Source: Spirochaetia bacterium
GTDB lineage: Bacteria; Spirochaetota; Spirochaetia; SZUA-6; Bin103
Assembly: GCA_965203515.1 (NCBI GenBank)
Contig: OZ241907.1
Coordinates: 1,437,730 to 1,501,729 of the forward strand
DNA: 64,000 nucleotides
Direction: 5' to 3'
Position 1 is the stretch's first letter; every line of letters begins with the position of its first letter. Position numbers and translations under genes: made by a program. Below are positions 1 through 10,212 of this stretch, one piece after another. The notes beneath the pieces are model-generated. The model did not search any database, was not told where the DNA came from, and was given only the letters and a program-made list of their open reading frames with translations.

Positions 1-292
1 GTGAGCCGACTCGGGTAGCGTGGTCGAACTCCCGCTCCGTCGGAGATATTCCTGTGCCGTTCTCACTCCCATACTCGTGACCGAACAGCCCCAGATAGAT
101 GTCCGACCGTCCAACTTCGTCCAGATAGAGATGATCGGGACTGCGATCCGCCGCCGGAGCATCCTCAAACAGAAATACGTCGAAGAACCGGCGCATCAGA
201 ACGTCGTCACGTATGTAGGCGCGTAACGTGTTCCGCTCTTCGGCAAACTCGCTCTGTACACTGCTGACGAAGATGCGGATGGGCGTCATGAG
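1..292 (-). CDS. DUF4062 domain-containing protein, N-terminal 97 codons; 3' end lies beyond the window start
   Basis: Own translation of the minus strand from ATG at 290-292: MTPIRIFVSSVQSEFAEERNTLRAYIRDD...SDIYLGLFGHEYGSENGTGISPTEREFDHA matches the DUF4062 signature. Absent from the ORF track because there is no in-window stop. Local GC is lower (about 55%). Confidence 0.6.
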
Positions 293-556
293 AAAGGAAA
301 TCTCGATCGTTCGGGGATGGCGGAGCGCCAAGAGTTGCGGACTTTGAATGCAGGCATCTCCTCATCCTGAGCCGTGGTCCATACAATCGTGGCCTTTGCG
401 TGGCACGCCAAGTGTGCGAGCAGACCCTACATCACGCGTATGCCTGCCTCCAACCGACATGTCGACCCAAATCCTCGCCTGAAGGCTCGCCGGCGACGAC
501 GGGCCTCGACGAGGTCGGCGGCGGCTCTGGGCAGGATCCCCGCCGGCTCCCTTGCC

Positions 557-1609
557 TCAGCCGGCCGCGTCCGCCGGCGACGACTCGAACCACTCGATGA
601 ATCCGGTGACGCCATCGTAGATGCCTTGCGTGAGATCGTTCAAGTAGTCCGCCTGCGTCATCAACCGCGCCTCGGCCGGGTTGGAGACGAAGCCGAGCTC
701 GACCAGCACCGCCGGCATGCGGGAGTGCCGCAGCACCGAGAAGTTTTCGTCGCGTACGCCCCGGTTCTGCGAGCGCGTTCCGACGTGGGCGTCGAGGCCG
801 TCCAGGATCTCGTTCGCCAGCACGACGCTCTCGCGGCTGATCTGCTCTTCCAGCATCGCGTTGAAGATCGGTTGGGTGTCGCGGTCGCCGCTCGGCACCC
901 GGTCGGCCGACACCACGTTCCGCTTGTGGCTGTCGGGCAGCACCCAGACCTCGAAGCCGCTGGCCTGCGCGCGGAACGCGGCGTTCGCGTGGATGGAGAT
1001 GAACAGCATGACGTCCGGATCTTCGGGAAGCTCGTCATTGGCGCGCACCGACCGTTCCTCCAGCACCACGAAGAAGTCGGCGTCGCGGGTGATCAGGACC
1101 CGTTTGTCCGGAAAGCCCTTCGTGAGCCGGGCGTACAGCCTGCGGCCGACGTCCAGCACGATGTCCTTCTCGCGCACCTCGACCCGCCGGCCGCCGAATC
1201 GGTGCCTGCCGACGGCGCCGGGGTCTTGGCCGCCGTGACCGGGATCGATCATGATCGCGGCCACCCGCAGCGCCCCCTCCGGCCGCGGCGGGTTCAGCAC
1301 CGCCGCGATCTGCTCGGCGCCGTCGTCGGTGAAGCGGATGGCGGCGCCCTGCCGCGTGACCGGGCCGATGTCGAGGCGCCGGTCGTAGTCGATCACCGCC
1401 CACGACACGCCAACCCCGAACGCCACCGTAGTGTCGCGGCGCAGCAGCAGCCCCTTCTGCGACCAGGGATCCCACTCCAGGGTGGCGCCGGTCTCGCGCC
1501 GCAGGTCCATCAGATCGGTCTCGCCCCACGCCGCGGCAGCCCCGCAGGCGAGCACGGCGGCGAACATCGTGACAAGGCGGACCCGTGAGCAGACCATCCG
1601 TCGATTCAT
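557..1609 (-). CDS. N-acetylmuramoyl-L-alanine amidase (Amidase_3, AmiC/CwlD-like) with signal peptide
   Basis: C-terminal 350 aa of track ORF 557..2872 carry the IDPGHGGQDPGA motif and HANA region. N-terminus MNRRMVCSRVRLVTMFAAVLACGAAAAWG is signal-peptide-like. The upstream part of the track ORF is a high-Arg shadow. Confidence 0.8.
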   Translation of the reverse strand: MNRRMVCSRVRLVTMFAAVLACGAAAAWGETDLMDLRRETGATLEWDPWSQKGLLLRRDTTVAFGVGVSWAVIDYDRRLDIGPVTRQGAAIRFTDDGAEQIAAVLNPPRPEGALRVAAIMIDPGHGGQDPGAVGRHRFGGRRVEVREKDIVLDVGRRLYARLTKGFPDKRVLITRDADFFVVLEERSVRANDELPEDPDVMLFISIHANAAFRAQASGFEVWVLPDSHKRNVVSADRVPSGDRDTQPIFNAMLEEQISRESVVLANEILDGLDAHVGTRSQNRGVRDENFSVLRHSRMPAVLVELGFVSNPAEARLMTQADYLNDLTQGIYDGVTGFIEWFESSPADAAG

Positions 1610-1723
1610 GTATCGGCAGTCCGGCGCCGCGGGTGCAGAGCCGGCCGGCGCCCGCCCAGGCGCGGGCGCGCCGCGTTGCACCGCCGGGCGAGCGCCACGT
1701 ACCCTTGCCGCGTGCTGGGGCGA

Positions 1724-2935
1724 ATGCAGATCTATTCGGTGGCCGAGATTACCCGTCGGGTCAGGGGCATGCTCGGCGGCGCCTTTCCCGACATCACCGT
1801 CGAAGGCGAGGTCTCCAACGCCCACCGGGCGGCCAGCGGCCACCTCTACTTCAGCCTGAAGGACCGCCGCGCCATGCTGCAGGCGGCGATGTTCCGCACC
1901 CAGCTCGCGCGGGCCGACTTCGTCCCGCGCGACGGCATGCTGATCCGCGCGCGCGGCGCCATCGACGTGTACGAGCAACGTGGCACGTACCAGTTGGTGG
2001 TCCAATCGGTGCAACGGGCCGGCGCCGGCGACCTGCTGGCGCTGCTGGAGGAACGCAAGCGACGGCTGGCCGCGCGCGGCTGCTTCGACCTGGAGCGCAA
2101 GCGGTCGATCCCCCGCGTGCCGCGGCGCGTGGTGGTGATCACCTCGCCGGCCGGAGCGGCGCTGCGCGACATCCTCGACGTGCTGCGGCGGCGGCATGCC
2201 GGCATCGATCTGGTGATCCTGCCGGCGCAGGTACAGGGCGCCGGAGCGGGCGGCTTCATCGCCTCCCGGCTGCGGACCGCCAGCCGCCACCGCATGGGCG
2301 ACGTGATCATCCTGGCCCGCGGCGGCGGCTCGCTGGAGGACCTGCTGCCGTTCTCCGACGAAGCGGTGGTAGAGGCGATCGTGCGGTCCGAGCTGCCGGT
2401 GGTGAGCGCGGTCGGCCACCAGACCGACACGTCGCTGGCCGATCTGGCCGCCGACGTGCGCGCCCCTACCCCGTCGGCCGCCGCCGAGCTGGTCTCCAGC
2501 GAACGCGACGACCTGCTGCGCCGCCTGCGCGCCGCCGCCGCGTCGATGCTCGCCGGTCTGGACCGGCGGCGCGAACGGGCGCGCTTCATCCTGGAGCGCT
2601 TTCAGCCGGCCGGGCTGGAGCGGAGCCTCCGCCTGGCGCTGGCGCCGGCCACGCAACGGCTCGATGACGCGGTGGCGGCGGCCACGCGCGCCATGCAGTC
2701 GCGGCTGCTGGAGAGCCGCCACCGCCTGCTGCTGGCCGCCGACGCCGTCCGCTCCCGTTCGCCGCTCGACATCCTGGCCCGCGGGTACGCGGTGGTCACC
2801 GGCGCCGGCGGCGCCGCGATCACCGACGCCGCGCAGGTCGGCAGGGGCGATCCGTTGCGGGTGCGCCTGCACCGCGGCCGGTTCCGGGCCACCGTCACCG
2901 ACACCGAACCCGAATCGGGAGGCCCTGATGGATAG
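1724..2935 (+). CDS. xseA: exodeoxyribonuclease VII large subunit
   Basis: MQIYSVAEITRRVRGMLGGAFPDITVEGEVSN... has the OB-fold N-terminus and catalytic core typical of XseA. The TAG stop overlaps the xseB ATG (ATGGATAG). Confidence 0.9.
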   Translation: MQIYSVAEITRRVRGMLGGAFPDITVEGEVSNAHRAASGHLYFSLKDRRAMLQAAMFRTQLARADFVPRDGMLIRARGAIDVYEQRGTYQLVVQSVQRAGAGDLLALLEERKRRLAARGCFDLERKRSIPRVPRRVVVITSPAGAALRDILDVLRRRHAGIDLVILPAQVQGAGAGGFIASRLRTASRHRMGDVIILARGGGSLEDLLPFSDEAVVEAIVRSELPVVSAVGHQTDTSLADLAADVRAPTPSAAAELVSSERDDLLRRLRAAAASMLAGLDRRRERARFILERFQPAGLERSLRLALAPATQRLDDAVAAATRAMQSRLLESRHRLLLAADAVRSRSPLDILARGYAVVTGAGGAAITDAAQVGRGDPLRVRLHRGRFRATVTDTEPESGGPDG

Positions 2936-3299
2936 CGCCGGCGCCGCTGACCGGCATCCGGCCGGCGCGCAGTCGGCCGACGCTCAGTCAGCCGGAGCGC
3001 AGTCGGCCGGCTCGCCGGACGGCCCGCAGCGCCGCAGCTTCGAGGAGCGCCTGCAGGAGCTGGAAACGCTCGCGGAGCGGCTCAAGGACGGTGAGGTACC
3101 GCTTGCGGAGGCGGTCGAACTGTTCGAGCGCGGCATGCAGCTCGCCCGCGGCCTCGGCGCCGAGCTGTCCCGGGTCGAACGGCGCATCGAGATCATGATC
3201 AACGAGCCCGAACTGACCGGCGACGCGCCGCTCCTGGAGCCGTTCGCGGACCACGGTTCGCCGCCGCGCGGCCGGGGTCAGGAAGAGGCCCCGCCCTGA
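2928..3299 (+). CDS. xseB: exodeoxyribonuclease VII small subunit
   Basis: SFEERLQELETLAERLKDGEVPLAEAVELFERGMQLARGLGAEL is a canonical XseB coiled-coil motif. It is translationally coupled to xseA. Confidence 0.85.
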   Translation: MDSAGAADRHPAGAQSADAQSAGAQSAGSPDGPQRRSFEERLQELETLAERLKDGEVPLAEAVELFERGMQLARGLGAELSRVERRIEIMINEPELTGDAPLLEPFADHGSPPRGRGQEEAPP

Positions 3300-3345
3300 C
3301 CGGATCGGTGGCAGGCCGGCGTCCCGGCGTCTCCGGGCAGCCGGC

Positions 3346-3816
3346 TCACCGCCAGTTGCGCGGGAAGCCGATCACGTCCCCGACCGCGGCGTCCGCCTCC
3401 GCGAAGGCGCCGTCGTTCACCTCCAGCGCATAGCGCGCCGCCTGCCGGGACCGCACCACCAGCTCCGAGTAGGGGATCAGCGACTCGATCTGCAGGATCT
3501 CGCCGCGGGCGGAGAGGAACGCGATGGAGAGCGGCAGCGGCGTGTGCTTCATCCAGAAGCCCCGCACCTGATCGTCGTCGAACACGAACAGCATGCCCTG
3601 GCGCGGGCCCAGTTCGGTCCGATACATCAGCCCGCGCTCGCGCTGGTCCGGCGTGCGCGCGACCTGGACGACGAACCGGTCGTTCCCCACCTGCAGCGTG
3701 ACGGTCTCCATCCGGTCGCCCCGGCAGGCGGCGAGCGCGGCGCCTGCCGTCAAGCTCAACGCCAGGCTCAGCGCCGCCAGTCTCAGCGCCGCCCCGGCGC
3801 TCCGTACGGCGTTCAC
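3346..3816 (-). CDS. DUF192 domain-containing secreted protein
   Basis: Signal peptide, then GLMYRTELGPRQGMLFVF...FWMKHTPLPLSIAF, which is the DUF192 pattern. Confidence 0.7.
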   Translation of the reverse strand: MNAVRSAGAALRLAALSLALSLTAGAALAACRGDRMETVTLQVGNDRFVVQVARTPDQRERGLMYRTELGPRQGMLFVFDDDQVRGFWMKHTPLPLSIAFLSARGEILQIESLIPYSELVVRSRQAARYALEVNDGAFAEADAAVGDVIGFPRNWR

Positions 3817-3865
3817 GGCCGGTCGTCGTTCACGACCCGGTCGTCGTTCACGACCCGGTCGTCGT

Positions 3866-4684
3866 TCACGGCCGGTCGGCGTACACGTGCGCGGTCGGCA
3901 CCCCCCACCCCACGGCGATCCCGAGTGCGGCGCCGGCCAGCACGTCGGTCACGAAGTGCCGCCCGGCAGCGATGCGCAGAACCGCCGCCAGAGAGGCGGT
4001 CGCGTAGGCAGCGACCCTGATCAGCGTCGTGTACCGGCCTTGCCAGTACCGCTCGGCGACGGTGCTGATGAAGGAGGCGCTGGCGAAGGCGATGGCGACG
4101 TGACTCGACGGGAACGAGTTGGCTCCCGCCGGGTCGGCGGCCCGGTCCGGGGACACGTCCGGGTGATACAGGTACGGACGCGCCCGCCAGACGGCCGCCT
4201 TGAGCAGGTATGCGCTGCCGTATGTGATCGACAGCACCTGATAGTGGCGGGCCAGCAGGTCCGTCGCATCGCGGCGCTGCAGCCCGAACGCCGCCGCCCC
4301 CACCGGCGCCAGCACGTGACCGTAGGAGACCATGTCGCTGATGGCGGCGAGCAGCGGTTGGTCCGGAAAGACCAGCAGGCGGTCGATCACCGGCAGATCC
4401 TTGACCCGGAGCGTCAAGCGCTGCTCCTCGGTCACGGACCGCACCCGGTCGGCCACCAGCAGGCCGGCGCCGGTCATGGTGGTCCCCGCCAGGGACAGCG
4501 CCAGGTCGAGCTGCTGCAGGGCGCCCGCGCGGCCGCCGAGCAGCAGGACGGCGGCCAGCACGGCGCACGCGCGGGGGACGCCGAGGCGGCGCTGTCGGTG
4601 CTTCAGCGCACCCGCTCGACCGTACGCTTGAAGCGCTTGTATACCGCGTAGAGCGGGAAGTCGAGCCGTTGCGACTCCGCCCAC
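3866..4684 (-). CDS. PAP2-family phosphatase (membrane phosphatidic-acid-phosphatase superfamily)
   Basis: Motifs KxxxxxxRP (LKAAVWRARP), PSSH (FPSSHV) and SRxxxxxHxxxD (RIAAGRHFVTDV) are present. The GTG start at 4684 overlaps the upstream gene; the true start is probably internal (GTG near 4561 or ATG near 4477). Confidence 0.7.
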   Translation of the reverse strand: MGGVATARLPALRGIQALQAYGRAGALKHRQRRLGVPRACAVLAAVLLLGGRAGALQQLDLALSLAGTTMTGAGLLVADRVRSVTEEQRLTLRVKDLPVIDRLLVFPDQPLLAAISDMVSYGHVLAPVGAAAFGLQRRDATDLLARHYQVLSITYGSAYLLKAAVWRARPYLYHPDVSPDRAADPAGANSFPSSHVAIAFASASFISTVAERYWQGRYTTLIRVAAYATASLAAVLRIAAGRHFVTDVLAGAALGIAVGWGVPTAHVYADRP

Positions 4685-5415
4685 CGGCGCAGGCTGGTGC
4701 CCCGCTCCGCGCCGCGTTCGGTCAGGAAGTTCTTCAACTCCCGCTCGCCCTTGCGCAGGCGGCCGAAGTTGAAGTGGTCCTCCAGCAGCCTGACGAACTC
4801 GACCGCCTCGGTCCGTTCCGGCTCGTCCAGCACCTCGTCGCTGGGGTTGAGGATCTCCGATACCAGCGCCTCCAGGTTCTCCGATTCGTAGCGGCGCAGC
4901 GTCTCTTCCACGCGGACCAGCAGCCGGCTGGGCACGAAGGTGATGCGGTCGATGGCGTTCCTGAGCGTCACCCGCTTGCGGGTCGCCGCGTCCGAGGTCA
5001 ACTCCTTCCTGCCGATCGCCAGGTACGCGGCGACGCTGGCGCCCAGCGCGATCGCCAACTCGTCGATCACCGGGATCGGCAGCCCGCCGCGCAGGACGTA
5101 GGCCATCACGAACATCGCCAGCACGAACACCCCGGCCGACGCCAGGAAGCGCGGTATGAACCGGTTCTCCGACAGCCAGCGGCGCACCGCGGCGTCGACC
5201 GTCCGGTACAGCTCGTCGCGGAACATGGTAAGCACTTCGACGCGCGGTTCGGCGCCGAAGCGGCCCTCCACGGTGCGTTCCGCAAGGGTGCCCTCCAGCC
5301 GCTCCACGCCGCGGAACGGATCGAGCAGCAGCGACTCTCCGTCTTTGAGGAGCACGTGAAAGATGTATGCCTTTTCCCTGCCAGCTTCCTCTGCAGCCAT
5401 CTCCTTGTCAGCCAT
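4603..5415 (-). CDS. hypothetical membrane protein (two predicted TM segments), unbiased composition
   Basis: MADKEMAAEEAGREKAYIFHVLLKDGESLLLDPFRG...; no recognisable family. Start is set at the ATG (M24 of the track ORF). Confidence 0.55.
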   Translation of the reverse strand: MADKEMAAEEAGREKAYIFHVLLKDGESLLLDPFRGVERLEGTLAERTVEGRFGAEPRVEVLTMFRDELYRTVDAAVRRWLSENRFIPRFLASAGVFVLAMFVMAYVLRGGLPIPVIDELAIALGASVAAYLAIGRKELTSDAATRKRVTLRNAIDRITFVPSRLLVRVEETLRRYESENLEALVSEILNPSDEVLDEPERTEAVEFVRLLEDHFNFGRLRKGERELKNFLTERGAERGTSLRRWAESQRLDFPLYAVYKRFKRTVERVR

Positions 5416-5496
5416 GGGTACGATCCGCCGCCACCGGCAATATAAGCCGCTCGGCGGCGAATCCGCAAGCGAACCCGCAAGCATCGCGCCCGCGCG

Positions 5497-6624
5497 TCAT
5501 CGCGCCGCCTTGACCCCGCCGCCGCGGCGGACCCGCTCCACCTCCGCGATCACCTGTTCCTGCCGGACCATGGTGGTGTCGCCGGGCGTGGACTGCACCA
5601 GGATGCCGTGCGCGGCGCCCCATTCGACCGCCTGCTGCAGGTCGCGCCCCTGCAGCAGGGCGCTGAGGACGCCGGCGGTGAAGGAATCCCCGCCGCCGGT
5701 GCGGTCGGCGATGTGGACGCGCTCGCGGACCGGCGCCACGTACCAGCGGCGCGCCGCCGTCTCGTACAGCACGGCGCCCCAGCTCACCGTGTCGGCATCG
5801 TGCGCGCCGCGCCACTGCGTGCCGATCAGGCGCAGGCCCGGATAGTCGGCCGCCACCCGTTCGATCGTCGACCGGTAGCGCTCCAGCCACGGTTCGAAGC
5901 GATCGTCGCCGTCCGGGGTTTCGTAGCCCAGGGCGTCGCCGAGGTCCGAGTCGTTGCCGACCAGGAAGTCGATGCTGGGGATCAGCCGCCGGTTGATCCG
6001 GCGGGCGCGTTCCCGGTCGGGCTCCACCTTGGAGCGGTAGTTGAGGTCGGCGGCGACGAACGTGCCGGACGCTCGGGCCGCCTGCGCCGCGGCGATCGCG
6101 GTGTCGGCGGTGCGCGCGCCGATCAGGGTGAAGATGCCGCCGGTGTTGAATACCCGCACGCCGTCCCCGGCGAACAGGCCGTACAGATCGAAGTCGTTCG
6201 GGGTGAGCAGCGACGCCGCGGTGTGCGCGCGGTAGTAGAGCGTTTCGGACGGGAGCACGCCCTTGCCGGCGAAGGTGATCGACATGCCGTTGTGGACCGT
6301 GCCCTTGGCGTCGGTGCTGTGCGCGCCGCCGGAGCCGGCGGTGTCCCACCAGATGATCCGGCCCGGATCGACCCCCAGCTCCGCGAGCTGGTTGACGATG
6401 TTGCGGCCGATGTCGTCGGCCACCAGGGCGGTCAGCACGGCCGCGCGCAGGCCGAACGTAGCGGAGACTCCGCAGGCCACGTTGGTCTCTCCGCCGCCCT
6501 GAAAGACCCGCACCGAGTCGCGTACGCGGGCCAGCGGAACGTCGCGCGGGTCGAGCCGCCAGAGCACTTCGCCCAGCGAGACGAGGTCATGGCGGCAACG
6601 GTCGGCGGCCGGCAGATCGATCAC
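5497..6624 (-). CDS. PfkB-family carbohydrate kinase (2-dehydro-3-deoxygluconokinase-like)
   Basis: Ribokinase-superfamily motifs, including the C-terminal DRTGGGDSFTAGVL anion hole (GG...D.F). Confidence 0.8.
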   Translation of the reverse strand: MIDLPAADRCRHDLVSLGEVLWRLDPRDVPLARVRDSVRVFQGGGETNVACGVSATFGLRAAVLTALVADDIGRNIVNQLAELGVDPGRIIWWDTAGSGGAHSTDAKGTVHNGMSITFAGKGVLPSETLYYRAHTAASLLTPNDFDLYGLFAGDGVRVFNTGGIFTLIGARTADTAIAAAQAARASGTFVAADLNYRSKVEPDRERARRINRRLIPSIDFLVGNDSDLGDALGYETPDGDDRFEPWLERYRSTIERVAADYPGLRLIGTQWRGAHDADTVSWGAVLYETAARRWYVAPVRERVHIADRTGGGDSFTAGVLSALLQGRDLQQAVEWGAAHGILVQSTPGDTTMVRQEQVIAEVERVRRGGGVKAAR

Positions 6625-6737
6625 GGCGGCAGCCTATCACAACACCCGATCAGCGCGGGCCGTCAAAAGCGGGCCGGCCGATCGCAGACCGGCCGCGGCG
6701 GGTTGTGCCGCGCCGTCCCGGCCGCCACCCTGTCGGC

Positions 6738-7412
6738 ATGTCCGCCGCGCCGCGACCGCTGTTCCCGATCGGGCTCGACCTGGTGGGGCAGCCGGTACTG
6801 GTCATCGGCGGCAGGGCCGAAGCGGAGGACAAGGCGGGGCGGTTGCTCGACGCCCGGGCGCAGGTCATCGTGGTCAGCCCGGCGGTGGAGCCGAGGCTGC
6901 GGTCCTGGGCCTGCGCCGGCCGGCTGATCTGGCGGCGCAGGCCCGTGCGGCCGGCCGACCTGCACGGCTGCCGCCTGGTGATCAATACCCTGGGCGCCGG
7001 CAACCCCGCCCACCCCGCGATCACCGGCTGGGCGCGCCGGCAGCGGGTGCTGCTGTCGACCTATGACCAGCCGGAGCGATCCGATCTGGGGATGCCGGCG
7101 GTGGTCAGCCGCGGCCATCTCCGCATCGCCGTCGCCACCAGCAACGCCAGCCCGTCGCTCGCCGGATCGCTGCGCCGCGAGCTGGAGCGACTGGTCGACG
7201 CGTCGGAGCTGGTCTCGTTTCTCGACGAGCTGGGCGCGCTGCGCGGCGACCTGCGCGAACGGGTGACCGACGGCGAAACGCGCCGGAGTTTGCTGCGGCA
7301 GGCGGCCGCCGGTCTGGAGGTCGCCGGGAGCATCCGCACGCCGCCGCGCTGGCGCGAACGGCTGGCCGATATACGGCGGCGGTATTGCATGCTAAGTTCC
7401 GACTCCACGTGA
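6738..7412 (+). CDS. siroheme-synthase N-terminal-domain protein (precorrin-2 dehydrogenase / sirohydrochlorin ferrochelatase, SirC/CysG-N like)
   Basis: LFPIGLDLVGQPVLVIGGRAEAEDKAGRLLDARAQVIVVSP is a Rossmann fold typical of the CysG N-domain. Stop TGA overlaps the serS GTG (GTGA). Confidence 0.6.
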   Translation: MSAAPRPLFPIGLDLVGQPVLVIGGRAEAEDKAGRLLDARAQVIVVSPAVEPRLRSWACAGRLIWRRRPVRPADLHGCRLVINTLGAGNPAHPAITGWARRQRVLLSTYDQPERSDLGMPAVVSRGHLRIAVATSNASPSLAGSLRRELERLVDASELVSFLDELGALRGDLRERVTDGETRRSLLRQAAAGLEVAGSIRTPPRWRERLADIRRRYCMLSSDST

Positions 7413-8689
7413 TCGATATCGCCCTGATCCGGGAATCGCCGGAGTCGGTCCGCGCCGCGCTCGGCAAGCGGCTCGACACCGTGGACCTGCAACCGATTCA
7501 GACTCTGGACGCCGCGCGGCGCGAGCTGCTCACCACCGTCGAGCGGCTCAAGGCGCGGCGCAACGACGCCTCTCGACAGGTGCCGCGCATCAGGAGCGCC
7601 GGCGGCGACGCGGCCGGGCTCATCGCCGAGATGCGGGCGGTGGGCGACCGCATCAAGGAGCTGGAGACGCAGCTCAGCCGGATCACCGACCAGCTCGACG
7701 ACCTGCTGGCGCACCTCCCCAACCTGCCGGACGACGACGTTCCGGCCGGCGGCAAGGAGGCCAATCAGGTGCTCCGCGAGTGGGGGGAACGGCCCGCGCC
7801 CGGCGCCGACGGCACCGACCACGTGGCGATCGCGCGCGCGCTCGGACTGATCGATTACGAGCGCGGCGCCAAGCTGGCCGGCCACGGCTTCTGGGTATAC
7901 CGCGGCTGGGGAGCGCGCCTGGAATGGGCGCTGCTCAATTACTTCATCGACACCCACGTCGCCGACGGCTTCGAGCTGATCCTGCCGCCCCACCTGCTGA
8001 GCTACCGTTGCGGGTTCAACGCCGGACAGTTTCCGCGCTTCGGCGTCGATGACGTCTACTTCCTGCGGGACGACGACGGCCGCGGCGCGGCGCCGTTCCT
8101 GGTGCCGACCGCAGAGACGGCGTTGGCCAGTCTGCACGCCGGCGAGCTGCTGCAGGAGTCGGAGCTGCCGAAGCGTTACGTCGCCTATACGCCGTGCTAC
8201 CGGCGCGAGGCGGGATCGTACCGCACGCACGACCGCGGCACCCTGCGCGGCCATCAGTTCAACAAGGTCGAGCTGTTCCAGTTCGTGATGCCGGATCGCT
8301 CGGAAGCCGCCCTGGAGGAGATGATCGCTCGCGCCGAGCGGCTGGTGCAGGGGCTGCAGCTCCACTACCGGGTAACCCGGCTGGCCGCCCGCGACGCGTC
8401 GTCGGCGATGGCGCGCACGCTCGACCTGGAGGTCTACCTGCCCAGCACCGGCAGCTACGAGGAAGTGAGCTCCGCGTCGAATGCCCGCGACTACCAGACG
8501 CGCCGCGCGGGCACGCGGGTGCGCTGCGCGCGCGGCACCCGCTTCGTCCACACCCTCAACGCTTCCGGCCTGGCGACCAGTCGCTTGCTGCCCGCGCTGC
8601 TGGAGACCCACCGGCGCCCGGACGGCGCTCTGACGGTGCCCGAGCCGCTGCGCGCCGCGCTCGGCGCCGACCGGCTGCCGCCGGCCTAG
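7409..8689 (+). CDS. serS: serine--tRNA ligase
   Basis: VIDIALIRESPESVRAALGKR, a long coiled-coil arm and the class II core (motif 2/3: RYVAYTPCYRREAGS, HTLNASGLATSR). Confidence 0.92.
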   Translation: MIDIALIRESPESVRAALGKRLDTVDLQPIQTLDAARRELLTTVERLKARRNDASRQVPRIRSAGGDAAGLIAEMRAVGDRIKELETQLSRITDQLDDLLAHLPNLPDDDVPAGGKEANQVLREWGERPAPGADGTDHVAIARALGLIDYERGAKLAGHGFWVYRGWGARLEWALLNYFIDTHVADGFELILPPHLLSYRCGFNAGQFPRFGVDDVYFLRDDDGRGAAPFLVPTAETALASLHAGELLQESELPKRYVAYTPCYRREAGSYRTHDRGTLRGHQFNKVELFQFVMPDRSEAALEEMIARAERLVQGLQLHYRVTRLAARDASSAMARTLDLEVYLPSTGSYEEVSSASNARDYQTRRAGTRVRCARGTRFVHTLNASGLATSRLLPALLETHRRPDGALTVPEPLRAALGADRLPPA

Positions 8690-8704
8690 GAGCGGGAGGC
8701 GCCG

Positions 8705-10210
8705 TTGGCCGTCGTCATCGACGAAGTTTCGCGCACGTTCAGCGAATACCTGCTGCTGCCGAACCTCACGCGCAAGGAGAACGTGCCCGCCAACGTGCGG
8801 CTGCAGACCCCGCTGGTCAGCCACCCGATCGGCGAGCCCGCCTCGATCTACCTGAACGTCCCGATGGCCTCCGCGGTCATGCAGACCGTCTCCGACGACC
8901 GCATGGCGGTGGCGCTGGCGCGCTGCGGCGGCCTCTCCTTCATCTTCGGCTCGCAACCGATCGACCGGCAGGTGGAGATGGTGCGGCGCGTCAAGAAGTT
9001 CAAGGCCGGCTTCGTCGTGTCCGACTCCAACCTCAGGCCCGACGCGACGCTGCGCGACGTGGTCGCCCTGGCCGACCGCACCGGACACACCACCATGGCG
9101 GTGACCGGGGACGGCCGTCCCGACGGGCCGTTGCTCGGCATCGTCACCAGCCGCGACTACCGGGTGAATCGCCAGGACCCGGCCAGCCGCGTCGACACGC
9201 TCATGACCCCGTTCGACCGGCTGGTGGTCGGGCACGACGGCATCAGCCTCAACGCCGCCAACGACCTGATCTGGGAGCACGGCCTGAGCTGCCTGCCGAT
9301 CATCGACGGCGGCCGGCGCCTGCGCCACCTGGTGTTCCGCAGGGACTACGACGCCCACCGGGAGAACCCGGACGAGCTGGTCGATGAGGAAAAGCGGTTG
9401 GTGGTAGGCGCCGGCATTTCCTCGCACGACTACCGCGACCGCGTGCCCCCGCTGGTCGAGGCCGGCGCCTCGGTGCTGTGCATCGACTCCTCCGACGGGT
9501 TCAACGAATGGCAGGCGGAGTGCCTGGACTTCGTCCGCGGCCGCTACCGGGATCGCGTGAAGATCGGCGCCGGCAACGTGGTGGAGCCCGACGGGTTCGA
9601 GTACCTGGCCGACGCCGGCGCCGATTTCGTCAAGGTCGGCATCGGCGGCGGCTCGATCTGCGTCACGCGCGAGCAGAAGGGGATCGGCCGGGGACAGGCG
9701 ACCGCGGTGCTCGACGTGGCCGCCGCGCGCGACCGCTATGCGGAGCGGACCGGCCGCTACGTTCCGGTCTGCTCCGACGGCGGCATCGTCTTCGACTACC
9801 ATATCGTACTGGCGCTGGCGATGGGCGCCGACTTCGTGATGATGGGCCGCTACTTCGCGCGCTTCGACGAGAGCCCCGGACGGCAGATCCGGCTGGGCAC
9901 CAACGTCGTCAAGGAATACTGGGGCGAAGGCACCAACCGGGCGCAGAACTGGGCGCGGTACGACGCGGCCGGCGGTCAACTCGCCTTCGAGGAAGGGGTC
10001 GACGGCTACGTGCCGTACGCCGGATCGCTCGGTTCCAATCTGCAACAGACGCTTGCCAAGATCAGGGCGACGATGTGCAACTGCGGCGCGCTCGACATTC
10101 CCGAGCTGCGCAGCAAGGCGCGGTTGACCGTCGTTTCCGCCACCAGCCTGCGGGAAGGCGGCATACACGACGTGCTGCAGAAAGAGCGCGAGCTGGTGAC
10201 GGAGCTGTAG
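8705..10210 (+). CDS. IMP dehydrogenase family protein (GuaB-like, with CBS pair)
   Basis: CBS pair followed by the catalytic loop [12 protein letters not shown] (IMPDH GIGPGSICTTR-like). Confidence 0.8.
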   Translation: MAVVIDEVSRTFSEYLLLPNLTRKENVPANVRLQTPLVSHPIGEPASIYLNVPMASAVMQTVSDDRMAVALARCGGLSFIFGSQPIDRQVEMVRRVKKFKAGFVVSDSNLRPDATLRDVVALADRTGHTTMAVTGDGRPDGPLLGIVTSRDYRVNRQDPASRVDTLMTPFDRLVVGHDGISLNAANDLIWEHGLSCLPIIDGGRRLRHLVFRRDYDAHRENPDELVDEEKRLVVGAGISSHDYRDRVPPLVEAGASVLCIDSSDGFNEWQAECLDFVRGRYRDRVKIGAGNVVEPDGFEYLADAGADFVKVGIGGGSICVTREQKGIGRGQATAVLDVAAARDRYAERTGRYVPVCSDGGIVFDYHIVLALAMGADFVMMGRYFARFDESPGRQIRLGTNVVKEYWGEGTNRAQNWARYDAAGGQLAFEEGVDGYVPYAGSLGSNLQQTLAKIRATMCNCGALDIPELRSKARLTVVSATSLREGGIHDVLQKERELVTEL

Positions 10211-10212
10211 GC

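Noticed and set aside
7061-10168. 1035-aa minus-strand ORF antisense to serS and the IMPDH-family gene
   Set aside because: Extreme Arg/Ala/Gly bias with no motifs. It is the typical high-GC shadow ORF opposite well-supported genes.
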